A stretch of 64,000 nt of DNA from Eubacteriales bacterium (GTDB lineage Bacteria > Bacillota > Clostridia > Oscillospirales > CAG-272). The translations under genes and the position numbers were made by a program. Below, one piece after another: positions 40,270-47,624 of the stretch. Each line of letters begins with the position of its first letter. Position 1 is the stretch's first letter. Location: assembly GCA_045661245.1 (NCBI GenBank), contig JAZRFH010000036.1, forward strand, positions 8,928 through 72,927. Reading direction: 5' to 3'. Below the pieces are notes generated by a model, which was given only the letters and a program-made list of their open reading frames with translations, was not told the origin of the DNA and ran no database searches.

Positions 40270-40989
40270 CTACTTAAGCTCTTCGCCAAAGCAGCCGCCG
40301 AGGAATTTTATACCTCTGTTTACAGAGCCCTTCGCGTTATACCACGGCTCTTCGTCATATCTGTAGTCAAATTTTTTGCAAAACCAGCTTACGTCACCCG
40401 CAAGCTCGTTTAAATATCTCTCCTCAATTGCATACGCCCTGTCATAAAACTCGGCATAGTTCTTTTTTGACATTTTCTTTGATGCGTAAGCTATCATTCT
40501 GCGGTAGTGTGGCAGGCAAAACCACGGCTGCCGGTCAAATTTCTTTTGAAACTCGGGGTCACTCTCCCATAAATACGTAACGGTTGCAATCATAGCCGAG
40601 AGGTTTTTCTCAATCCTTGAGCATATGTAGCAATCCCCCTCAAGCTTACCGAGTGCCGCCTCTGCCGCGGCTCGCCTATTACCGATAAGCGTCGGCCCCT
40701 TCAAAAGCTTTTTTACCTCCGCGAGGTGGCTCTCCATCATAAGCCCCATACCGAGCATACGCTTTCTGCCAAGCATCATATTATAATGAGTCAAGCAAAA
40801 GCCCATCTCATTTGTTTTTATTCTGATATCCGGCTCCATCATAGATGCGCCGAGAATTATATCAATCTCATTCTCCTGCAGCTTTTTATAAAGCCTGCAT
40901 AAAGGACAGCCGCATTCCGGGGTTGTTATACATTCGTCAAACGCCTCGTTTACGGGTATGGTATAAATCTGCTCCACAAGCTCCTCCAT
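40270..40989 (-). CDS. Cys-rich hypothetical protein with two CxxC...FCLxHY modules (possibly DUF6062-type; not verified)
   Basis: 239 aa. C26/C28/C31...C65-x2-H68 and C120/C123...C158-x2-H161. A 20-nt gap separates it from the downstream ATPase gene. Confidence 0.6.
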   Translation of the reverse strand: MEELVEQIYTIPVNEAFDECITTPECGCPLCRLYKKLQENEIDIILGASMMEPDIRIKTNEMGFCLTHYNMMLGRKRMLGMGLMMESHLAEVKKLLKGPTLIGNRRAAAEAALGKLEGDCYICSRIEKNLSAMIATVTYLWESDPEFQKKFDRQPWFCLPHYRRMIAYASKKMSKKNYAEFYDRAYAIEERYLNELAGDVSWFCKKFDYRYDEEPWYNAKGSVNRGIKFLGGCFGEELK

Positions 40990-41019
40990 AATTTACCGCA
41001 GAGCAAGGAATGAACACAC

Positions 41020-41048
41020 TTGCAAACTGCCGCGGTTTATGCTAAAAT
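41020..41048 (+). promoter_or_regulatory. Candidate promoter for ogg
   Basis: TTGCAA (41020-41025), 17 nt, TAAAAT (41043-41048). Confidence 0.5.
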
Positions 41049-41072
41049 AGATATAAGTACACTTTTAGCATT

Positions 41073-41101
41073 ATTATACAATAAATTGCGCGCGTTTGCA
41101 A
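41073..41101 (-). promoter_or_regulatory. Candidate promoter for the Cys-rich/ATPase operon
   Basis: On the minus strand: TTGCAA (41101-41096), 17 nt, TATAAT (41078-41073). Confidence 0.45.
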
Positions 41102-41115
41102 GAGGTAAATGTAAG

Positions 41116-42066
41116 ATGTTTGACAAAAAAAGAGTGAAAATAAAAGACAGAGAGGCAATACTCATATCGGGTCTTGGTGAATACGACCTTGAAAAAACGA
41201 TGGAGTGCGGGCAGTGCTTCCGCTACGAGAGAATACCGGCGGACGAAACTGTTAAGGCGTATCAGACGGTAGTTGGCAATTTACTTATTGAGGTTTGGCA
41301 ACAGAAACCGGGCGAGCTTATCTTCTTTGACCTTACCGACGAAGACTTTGAAGGAGTTGCCGCGCCCTATTTCGCCCTGACACACAACCTTTCGGAAATT
41401 AAAGAAAACATTAAAGCCCACACCGATTCGCAGTGGCTTGGTGAGGCGGCAGATGCCTCGGCAGGTATAGCTATACTTAAGCAAGACCCGTGGGAAGCGC
41501 TCGTATCGTTTATAATCTCGCAGAATAACAATATCCCACGTATCAGAAAGATAGTGCGCGAAATCTGTGCCGAGTACGGTGTAAATCTTTGTTTACAGAA
41601 AGAAAATGCGAGCAAATGCCCGCTTGGTATAATAAGTGACACCCCGTGTGAAGAAAAGTGCAAGAAATGCGGCAGATGCTACACCTTCCCGACACCGAGC
41701 GATATACTTAATAATCCCGAGGGGATTTTGCCGTCGCGCCCTGGCTTTCGCTACGGATACATTCTCGACGCGGCAGAAAAGGTGTATAGCGGTCAGTGCG
41801 ATTTAGAGAAAATCAGAAAAAGAGCCTCTTACGAATATACAAGAGAGGAGCTGAAGAAAATCAAGGGCGTTGGCGATAAGGTTGCCGCATGCGTTGCACT
41901 CTTTGGCTTTAGCAATCTCGAGGCATTCCCCATTGACGTATGGATGAAGCGCGCGATTGACACCTATTTTAACGGTGAGCTGGACCCCGCCACCCTCGGC
42001 CCGTATGCAGGTATCGCACAGCAGTACATATTCAATTACATACGTTACCTAAGCAATAAAGATTAA
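41116..42066 (+). CDS. ogg: 8-oxoguanine DNA glycosylase (OGG1-type, HhH-GPD) with a Cys-rich insertion
   Basis: ECGQCFRY N-domain motif, IISQNNNIPRI, and the HhH-GPD segment IKGVGDKVAACVALFG...FPIDVW. ATG 41116 behind AGAGG. Confidence 0.8.
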   Translation: MFDKKRVKIKDREAILISGLGEYDLEKTMECGQCFRYERIPADETVKAYQTVVGNLLIEVWQQKPGELIFFDLTDEDFEGVAAPYFALTHNLSEIKENIKAHTDSQWLGEAADASAGIAILKQDPWEALVSFIISQNNNIPRIRKIVREICAEYGVNLCLQKENASKCPLGIISDTPCEEKCKKCGRCYTFPTPSDILNNPEGILPSRPGFRYGYILDAAEKVYSGQCDLEKIRKRASYEYTREELKKIKGVGDKVAACVALFGFSNLEAFPIDVWMKRAIDTYFNGELDPATLGPYAGIAQQYIFNYIRYLSNKD

Positions 42067-42072
42067 AAAAAC

Positions 42073-42119
42073 AAAAGAGCAAGAAGAGAAAAACTCTCAA
42101 CTCGCTCTTTTTTTGTTTT
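42073..42119 (+). terminator. Intrinsic terminator after ogg
   Basis: AAAAGAGCAAG ... CTCGCTCTTTT stem (one mismatch) followed by a T-run. Confidence 0.6.
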
Positions 42120-42134
42120 CAAAATCGGTTATTC

Positions 42135-42150
42135 AATGCAATTTTGCATT
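42135..42150. repeat. Inverted repeat AATGCAA-TT-TTGCATT
   Basis: 7-bp arms read directly in the convergent intergenic region between ogg and infB. Confidence 0.7.
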
Positions 42151-42169
42151 CTCGTAACTCTCGTCTTGA

Positions 42170-42199
42170 TTTTGCATTTTGCATTTTGCATTTTCTTGC
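42170..42199. repeat. Tandem heptamer repeat: (TTTTGCA)x3 plus a degenerate fourth unit
   Basis: TTTTGCA at 42170, 42177 and 42184, then TTTTCTTGC. Confidence 0.85.
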
Positions 42200-42283
42200 T
42201 GCGGCTCGGTCACGCTCAGGGTCTGACAGCCGTTTAGGCTGTCATTCAATACCTTCGCGCCGCTTCGCTACATTTTCTTGCAT

Positions 42284-45118
42284 TTATCTTGCTACTTCTT
42301 CCATTATAAACGCCTCAAGCGTATCGCCCTCGCGTATATCGTTGAACTTTTCAATGCCGACACCGCACTCGTAGCCCTCGTGAACTTCCTTAACGTCGTC
42401 CTTAAACCTACGGAGTGAGGAAATCTTATCCTCGAATATAACAACACCGTCGCGAACTATACGGATAGAGGACTGCCTTGTAATCTTACCGTCCTGTATA
42501 TAACAACCCGCGATAATACCGACACCGGGCACCTTGATTGTCTGACGCACCTCAGCGTGGCCGAGAAGAACCTCTTTATAGGTAGGCGCAAGCATACCCT
42601 TCATAGCCGCCTCAACCTCGTCTATTATCTCGTAAATGATACGGTGTGTACGGATATCAACCTCGTTACGCTCTGCCGAATCAAGCGCGTTCTTATCGGG
42701 TCTTACGTTAAATCCCGTGATAATAGCACCCGATGCCGCGGCAAGCATAACGTCACTCTCTGTAATGCCGCCGACAGCAGAATGAATTACGTTAACCTTA
42801 ACCTCGTCGTTCGAGAGCTTAAGGAGTGATGCCTTTACTGCCTCTGCCGAGCCTGCAACGTCTGCCTTAACAATAATATTGAGAGTCTTAACGCCCTCGG
42901 ATATACGGCTGAACAGGTCGTCAAGGTTAATGCGCGAGTTAGCGGCAAGAATATCCTGCCTCTGCTTTTCACGCCTTTGCTCTGCAAGGCTTCTAGCCAT
43001 TCTCTCGTCCTCAACACCGTTCATTTCGTCACCCGCCTGGGGCACGTCGTCAAGACCTATAATCTCAACGGGCACCGAAGGGCCTGCCTCTTTAACGGTT
43101 CTGCCCTTATCGTCTACCATCGCTCTTACTCTGCCCGTTGCGTTACCTACGATTACATAGTCACCCTGGTGAAGAGTTCCGTTCTGCACGAGAACCGTAG
43201 CAACAGGACCGCGGCCGCGGTCAAGCTTAGACTCAATAACGAGTCCGCGTGCGCGCTTGCGGGGGTTGGCACGAAGCTCCTTAACCTCTGCAACGAGAAG
43301 CACGCTCTCAAGCAAATCCTCAATACCCATACCCGTAAGTGCCGAAACGGGAACTGTAATTACGTCACCGCCCCAGGACTCGGGAACAAGCTCATACTGA
43401 GTAAGCTGATTGAGCACGTTATCGGGATTTGCGTGCTGCTTATCCATTTTGTTTATAGCTACTATAATGTCAATGCCTGCGGCCTTGGCGTGATTGATCG
43501 CCCCAACCGTCTGGGGCATAACGCCGTCGCCTGCGGCAACAACGAGTATTGCAATATCGGTAGACTGTGCACCGCGCATACGCATAGCGGTAAATGCCTC
43601 GTGGCCGGGGGTATCAAGGAAGGTGATATCCTTACCGTTTATTTTAACACGGTATGCACCTATTGCCTGTGTAATACCGCCTGCCTCACCCCTGGTTACG
43701 TTAGTGTGGCGTATAGCGTCGAGTATCGAGGTCTTACCGTGGTCAACGTGACCCATAACGCAAACTACGGGTGCACGCTCTACAAGGTCCTCTTCGTTAT
43801 CCTCAGCCTCGGTAAAGAGCTTTTCCTCAATTGTAACGACAACCTCTTTGGTTACCTTAGCACCGAACTCGTCTGCAACAAGCTCTGCGGTAGCAAAGTC
43901 TACAACGTCGTTCATACCCTTCATTTCGCCCATAAGCATAAGCTTTTTGATAACCTCAGCCGAGGTCTTCTTAAGCCTTATTGCAAGCTCGGAAACGGTA
44001 ATCTCGTCGGGAACGGTAATCTCAAGCTGCTTGTTTCTGGCGCGCTCAGCTTCCATTCTCTTGATTTTTTCCTGTGCCGCTCTTTCCTTATCCTTAGCGG
44101 TTTTAGCGTTCTGACCCTTATTATCCTGCTTTTTTAGCTTGGTTTTTGAGCTCTTATTGTCCGTGCCGTTTGCGATAGCGTAATACTGGTCGTTATAACG
44201 GTCGTCATACTTTGAGAGGTTGACGTCGGACGTTCTCATATCAACTACGCGCTTACCGAGGTTATTGTCGTGGCTATACTCGCCGCCGATGTTAACTCCG
44301 CCGCGCACGTTGCTCTTGTCAATCGTGGGGGTAATGGTGCGGAACTGCTGCTTTGCGGCGCGCTTTTCTTCCTTTTTGGGAGCCGCCTGCTGGGGCTGTG
44401 CCGCCTTTTGCTGCTGCTTTTGCTTTTTCTCAGCCTGCATAGCAAGCGCCTGCTGTGCGGGGCGCTGTGTACTTTGTGCCGCGGGCTTAACCTCGGCTAC
44501 AGGTGCCTTGGGCGCGGGTGTCACAGGGCGCTGAGCGGGTCTTTGCTGTGCATCTTGGCCGTCGCGGCGCTTAAAGCCGCTTGCCTGCGCGTTCATATTC
44601 TCGCGGCGCTTTGCAAACGGGTCGTCAGACGGTCTTGCTCCGTAAGGGCGGTTATCACGTCTGAAATCCTTATTCTGTCCGTCCTGGCGGCGCGCACCCT
44701 GCTGCGAGTCACGTCTATCCTGCCTCGGCTGCTCGGCCCTTGCGGGCGCGGGTCTTGCCGCTGTGGGCTTAGGTGCCGCCTTCGGTGCAGGTGCAGGTGC
44801 TGGTGCAGTCTTTGCCTCAGTCTTTACCTCAGGCTTTACCTCTGCCTTTACCTCAGGCGCGGGCTTGGGTGCGGGCGCCTTCTTCTCCTTTTTGGGAGCT
44901 GTTACTGTTATCTTGCCCTCTCTGTATGCCTCAAGGTCGTGTATCTGGCGTGATAAGGTAAGATGCTGTAAGAACACCTCAAACTCTGCGTCAGACACCG
45001 AGCCGCCGCTGTTTTTATCAATATTAACAGCACGGAAGGTATCGATAACGTCCTTCGACTTCATAGCAAAATCTCGGGAAAGCTCAGAAATCTTCATTGT
45101 TTTTGCCATATAATTCAC
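42284..45118 (-). CDS. infB: Translation initiation factor IF-2
   Basis: [10 protein letters not shown]1 motif, [15 protein letters not shown]-rich low-complexity N-terminal region. The longest ORF starts at GTG 45118; ATG 45109 ([10 protein letters not shown]) is an alternative. Confidence 0.95.
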   Translation of the reverse strand: MNYMAKTMKISELSRDFAMKSKDVIDTFRAVNIDKNSGGSVSDAEFEVFLQHLTLSRQIHDLEAYREGKITVTAPKKEKKAPAPKPAPEVKAEVKPEVKTEAKTAPAPAPAPKAAPKPTAARPAPARAEQPRQDRRDSQQGARRQDGQNKDFRRDNRPYGARPSDDPFAKRRENMNAQASGFKRRDGQDAQQRPAQRPVTPAPKAPVAEVKPAAQSTQRPAQQALAMQAEKKQKQQQKAAQPQQAAPKKEEKRAAKQQFRTITPTIDKSNVRGGVNIGGEYSHDNNLGKRVVDMRTSDVNLSKYDDRYNDQYYAIANGTDNKSSKTKLKKQDNKGQNAKTAKDKERAAQEKIKRMEAERARNKQLEITVPDEITVSELAIRLKKTSAEVIKKLMLMGEMKGMNDVVDFATAELVADEFGAKVTKEVVVTIEEKLFTEAEDNEEDLVERAPVVCVMGHVDHGKTSILDAIRHTNVTRGEAGGITQAIGAYRVKINGKDITFLDTPGHEAFTAMRMRGAQSTDIAILVVAAGDGVMPQTVGAINHAKAAGIDIIVAINKMDKQHANPDNVLNQLTQYELVPESWGGDVITVPVSALTGMGIEDLLESVLLVAEVKELRANPRKRARGLVIESKLDRGRGPVATVLVQNGTLHQGDYVIVGNATGRVRAMVDDKGRTVKEAGPSVPVEIIGLDDVPQAGDEMNGVEDERMARSLAEQRREKQRQDILAANSRINLDDLFSRISEGVKTLNIIVKADVAGSAEAVKASLLKLSNDEVKVNVIHSAVGGITESDVMLAAASGAIITGFNVRPDKNALDSAERNEVDIRTHRIIYEIIDEVEAAMKGMLAPTYKEVLLGHAEVRQTIKVPGVGIIAGCYIQDGKITRQSSIRIVRDGVVIFEDKISSLRRFKDDVKEVHEGYECGVGIEKFNDIREGDTLEAFIMEEVAR

Positions 45119-45148
45119 TTATCTCCTCTAGAGATTTCCTTTCATAAG

Positions 45149-45439
45149 TTATGGTGCGACACACTTAACAATCTCGTTTGCAAAGCTATCGCTTGTAAGC
45201 GCGGCGCACGCAGGCCCATAGGTTTTACCAAGTATTCTGCCAAGGGCGCCCGTGTCAAGACTTATTTCCACACAGGGTGTAGAATAAAACTCGCACTTAG
45301 TTACAATTTTCTTTTTGGTAGCGGGTGAGGAGTCGGCCGCGTAAACCACAAGCCTTACCTTACCGCGCTTTGCCAGCGCCTGACACACCGATTCTGTGCC
45401 CACTATAACCTTACCGGCTCTCATAGCAAGGCCAAGCAT
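45149..45439 (-). CDS. ylxQ: L7Ae/YlxQ-family RNA-binding protein
   Basis: LGLAMRAGKVIVGTESV...VRLVVYAADSS; located between ylxR and infB. Start is ambiguous: ATG 45439, or upstream GTG 45472 / TTG 45478. Confidence 0.75.
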   Translation of the reverse strand: MLGLAMRAGKVIVGTESVCQALAKRGKVRLVVYAADSSPATKKKIVTKCEFYSTPCVEISLDTGALGRILGKTYGPACAALTSDSFANEIVKCVAP

Positions 45440-45461
45440 ACCGCACAGACGTGTATTACCG

Positions 45462-45743
45462 TCATTCTGCACTGTCAAGCTCTTTTTCAAGCCTGTCGTA
45501 AATAACAGAGGAAATACTGCATTCAAGCGATGCCTCAAGCCTTGACGCGCGCCTTGCCTTCTTTAAGCACTCGCGCTTTTTGCATATATAAGCACCTCTG
45601 CCCGACCTTTTACCCGTGGAATCAAGAACAATCTCGCCCTCGGGGGTTCTCACTACTCTTATAAGAGTATTTTTTGGGAAGTGCTCACCGCAGCCCGTGC
45701 ATCTGCGTATCGGCAGCTTTTTCTCTTTTTTTACTTCAGCCAT
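45462..45743 (-). CDS. ylxR: YlxR (DUF448/RnpM) family protein
   Basis: RRCTGCGEHFPKNTLIRVV...GRGAYIC. Confidence 0.85.
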   Translation of the reverse strand: MAEVKKEKKLPIRRCTGCGEHFPKNTLIRVVRTPEGEIVLDSTGKRSGRGAYICKKRECLKKARRASRLEASLECSISSVIYDRLEKELDSAE

Positions 45744-46774
45744 TATGCCTTGATATCTATCTTACAGCCCGTAAGGCGCGCAACGAGCTTTGCGTTCTGA
45801 CCTTCCTTACCGATAGCCAGAGAAAGCTGGTCGGGGGAAACCGTAACGCGGCAGGAGCGCTCACCGTCCATAACGACGGAGATTACCTTTGCGGGAGAGA
45901 GAGCCTCAGCAATATATTCTTCAATTACGTCACTGTACTTTATAATATCTATCTTCTCGTTTCCGAGCTCGGCGAGAATAGCACCTATTCTCATACCGTT
46001 TCTACCTATACAAGAGCCTATTGCGTCAACGTTCTCGTCCCTTGACTCAACGGCTATCTTAGTCCTGCTGCCTGCCTCACGCGATACACCCTTGATTACG
46101 ATTGTACCGTCGGCAATTTCGGGAATTTCAAGCTCGAAAAGACGCTTTACAAAATGCGGGTGAACTCTTGAAAGAGTTACGATAGGACCGCGTGTTTCGC
46201 CCGAATTTACCTCGGATACGAACACCTTAAGTCTGTCACCAACGTCGTAAACCTCACCGGGAATCTGCTCGGACTTCATAAGAGTTGCATATCCTGTGCC
46301 GGTGTCAAGAATAAGGTTGCCCGAAATCATATCAACCTTATCAACCACCGCGGTGATAATTTCCTCGCGCTTTTCCTCGTACGCCCTCGTCTGATTCTCG
46401 CGCTCTGCGGTACGGATAGCCTGTATAATCATTTGCTTACCCGTCTGAGCCGAGAAACGGCGGAAGGTCTTTGTCTTAAGCTCTGTTTCAACAACACCGC
46501 CAAGCTTATGACGGCGGGAGAGTGCCTTCGCCTCGGAAAGCGAAATCTCACACTTGGGGTCAACTACCTCTCCGTCAGGCACAACGTTGCGCTGCTGATA
46601 TACCTTCATATCACATTTAACAGGGTCAAGATTTACCCTTATCTGTGCTGTAGCACCAACTTCCTTTTTACATGCGTTTGCAAGTGCCTCTTCAATTTTT
46701 GCAAGCATATATTCCTTTGAAATACCGCTTTCCTTTTCAAGTAAGTCAAGCGCGTTAAAAAGCTCTGCGTTCAT
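45743..46774 (-). CDS. nusA: Transcription termination/antitermination factor NusA
   Basis: 343 aa. S1 domain plus two KH domains (GSCIGRNGMRI, AIGKEGQNAKL). Confidence 0.95.
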   Translation of the reverse strand: MNAELFNALDLLEKESGISKEYMLAKIEEALANACKKEVGATAQIRVNLDPVKCDMKVYQQRNVVPDGEVVDPKCEISLSEAKALSRRHKLGGVVETELKTKTFRRFSAQTGKQMIIQAIRTAERENQTRAYEEKREEIITAVVDKVDMISGNLILDTGTGYATLMKSEQIPGEVYDVGDRLKVFVSEVNSGETRGPIVTLSRVHPHFVKRLFELEIPEIADGTIVIKGVSREAGSRTKIAVESRDENVDAIGSCIGRNGMRIGAILAELGNEKIDIIKYSDVIEEYIAEALSPAKVISVVMDGERSCRVTVSPDQLSLAIGKEGQNAKLVARLTGCKIDIKA

Positions 46775-46827
46775 TTTTTCCTTTTACCGATAACCTTTGT
46801 TTTTAAAAACTCGGTTATTTCCTTTCT

Positions 46828-47295
46828 TTATATGTTAATTTGTTTATAAACCGTTTGAAGCTTTGAGATTCCCTTTACTTCAAGTGAAACCTCTTTACCG
46901 TCGGTGCTTATCACTACCGCACCGTCAGAGTAGGACTTAAGCACGCCCTCGACAGACTTTGCACCGTCCTTTGCAACGTAAAGCTTTGCAATCACCTCAC
47001 AGCCAAGACAAGCAAGTATATGCTCCTCAGTACGCAATTCGCGCTCTATGCCGGGAGAGGACACCTCAAGATAGTAAAACCCCTCGATTGGGTCAACCTC
47101 GTCAAGTATCGGGTCTATTGCCCTGTGTACCCGCTCGCAGTCCTCGATATTAACGCCCCCATCCTTATCAATGGTGATTTCAAGGTGGTAGTCTGCGCCG
47201 ATTTTCGAATAAGTAACGTCCCAAAGCCTGTAGCCAAGCTCCGCAACGGTTGGTAAAATAGCCTCGCTTACCGTATCTCTTACGTTCTTCCTCAT
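46828..47295 (-). CDS. rimP: Ribosome maturation factor RimP
   Basis: ATG 47295 behind AAAGGAGGGG. ...GYRLWDV...LEVSSPGIEREL... Confidence 0.85.
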   Translation of the reverse strand: MRKNVRDTVSEAILPTVAELGYRLWDVTYSKIGADYHLEITIDKDGGVNIEDCERVHRAIDPILDEVDPIEGFYYLEVSSPGIERELRTEEHILACLGCEVIAKLYVAKDGAKSVEGVLKSYSDGAVVISTDGKEVSLEVKGISKLQTVYKQINI

Positions 47296-47318
47296 AGCCC
47301 CTCCTTTTACAATAACAG

Positions 47319-47340
47319 AGAGTGACCTCGCGGTCACTCT
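47319..47340 (-). promoter_or_regulatory. Leader hairpin in the rimP-nusA 5' UTR (possible attenuator)
   Basis: AGAGTGACC-(4 nt)-GGTCACTCT, a 9-10 bp perfect stem between the predicted promoter and the rimP ribosome-binding site. A U-rich stretch TGTTATTGT follows on the minus strand. Confidence 0.45.
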
Positions 47341-47368
47341 CACTTTCTCTCTTATTCATTATACTATA

Positions 47369-47396
47369 ATTATAGCATAATAATAATAAAAATCAA
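47369..47396 (-). promoter_or_regulatory. Candidate promoter of the rimP-nusA-infB operon
   Basis: On the minus strand: TTGATT (47396-47391), 16 nt, TATAAT (47374-47369). Confidence 0.5.
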
Positions 47397-47414
47397 TAGC
47401 TTACGGAAAATTTT

Positions 47415-47624
47415 TCAAATATTTTTGCCTATACGCCTTCTCTTGCGTCTTGCAAGGCGGCGCTTTCCGCTCTCCTCGGCTATATCGGCAAGAATTTCTT
47501 CAAGCTGATACACCGAAGCTTCTCTCTCTCTTTCAAGCTCACCGGTATGCCGGCCTTTCTCCTCGCTTTTGAGATTGGAAACGGTAATTTCCGCTAAATC
47601 GCGCTTTCTCTTAAGAAATCCCAT
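47415..47624 (-). CDS. Hypothetical small basic protein (69 aa)
   Basis: Its start overlaps the stop of the upstream 751-aa ORF (TAATG). C-terminal RRKRRRIGKNI. Confidence 0.5.
   Translation of the reverse strand: MGFLKRKRDLAEITVSNLKSEEKGRHTGELEREREASVYQLEEILADIAEESGKRRLARRKRRRIGKNI

Noticed and set aside
42144-42374. 76-aa ORF (MHSRNSRLDFAFCILHF...) in the ogg-infB intergenic region.
   Set aside because: The reading frame is produced by the TTTTGCA tandem repeat and runs into the antisense of the infB 3' end. There is no ribosome-binding site.
42977-44137. 386-aa ORF antisense to infB. Similar cases are 44270-44953, 49193-50050 (antisense to the 751-aa gene) and 62344-63507 (antisense to nifJ).
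   Set aside because: Long stop-free antisense frames are expected opposite GC-rich, codon-biased genes. The translations are Cys/Leu/Arg-rich low complexity with no ribosome-binding site and no motifs.
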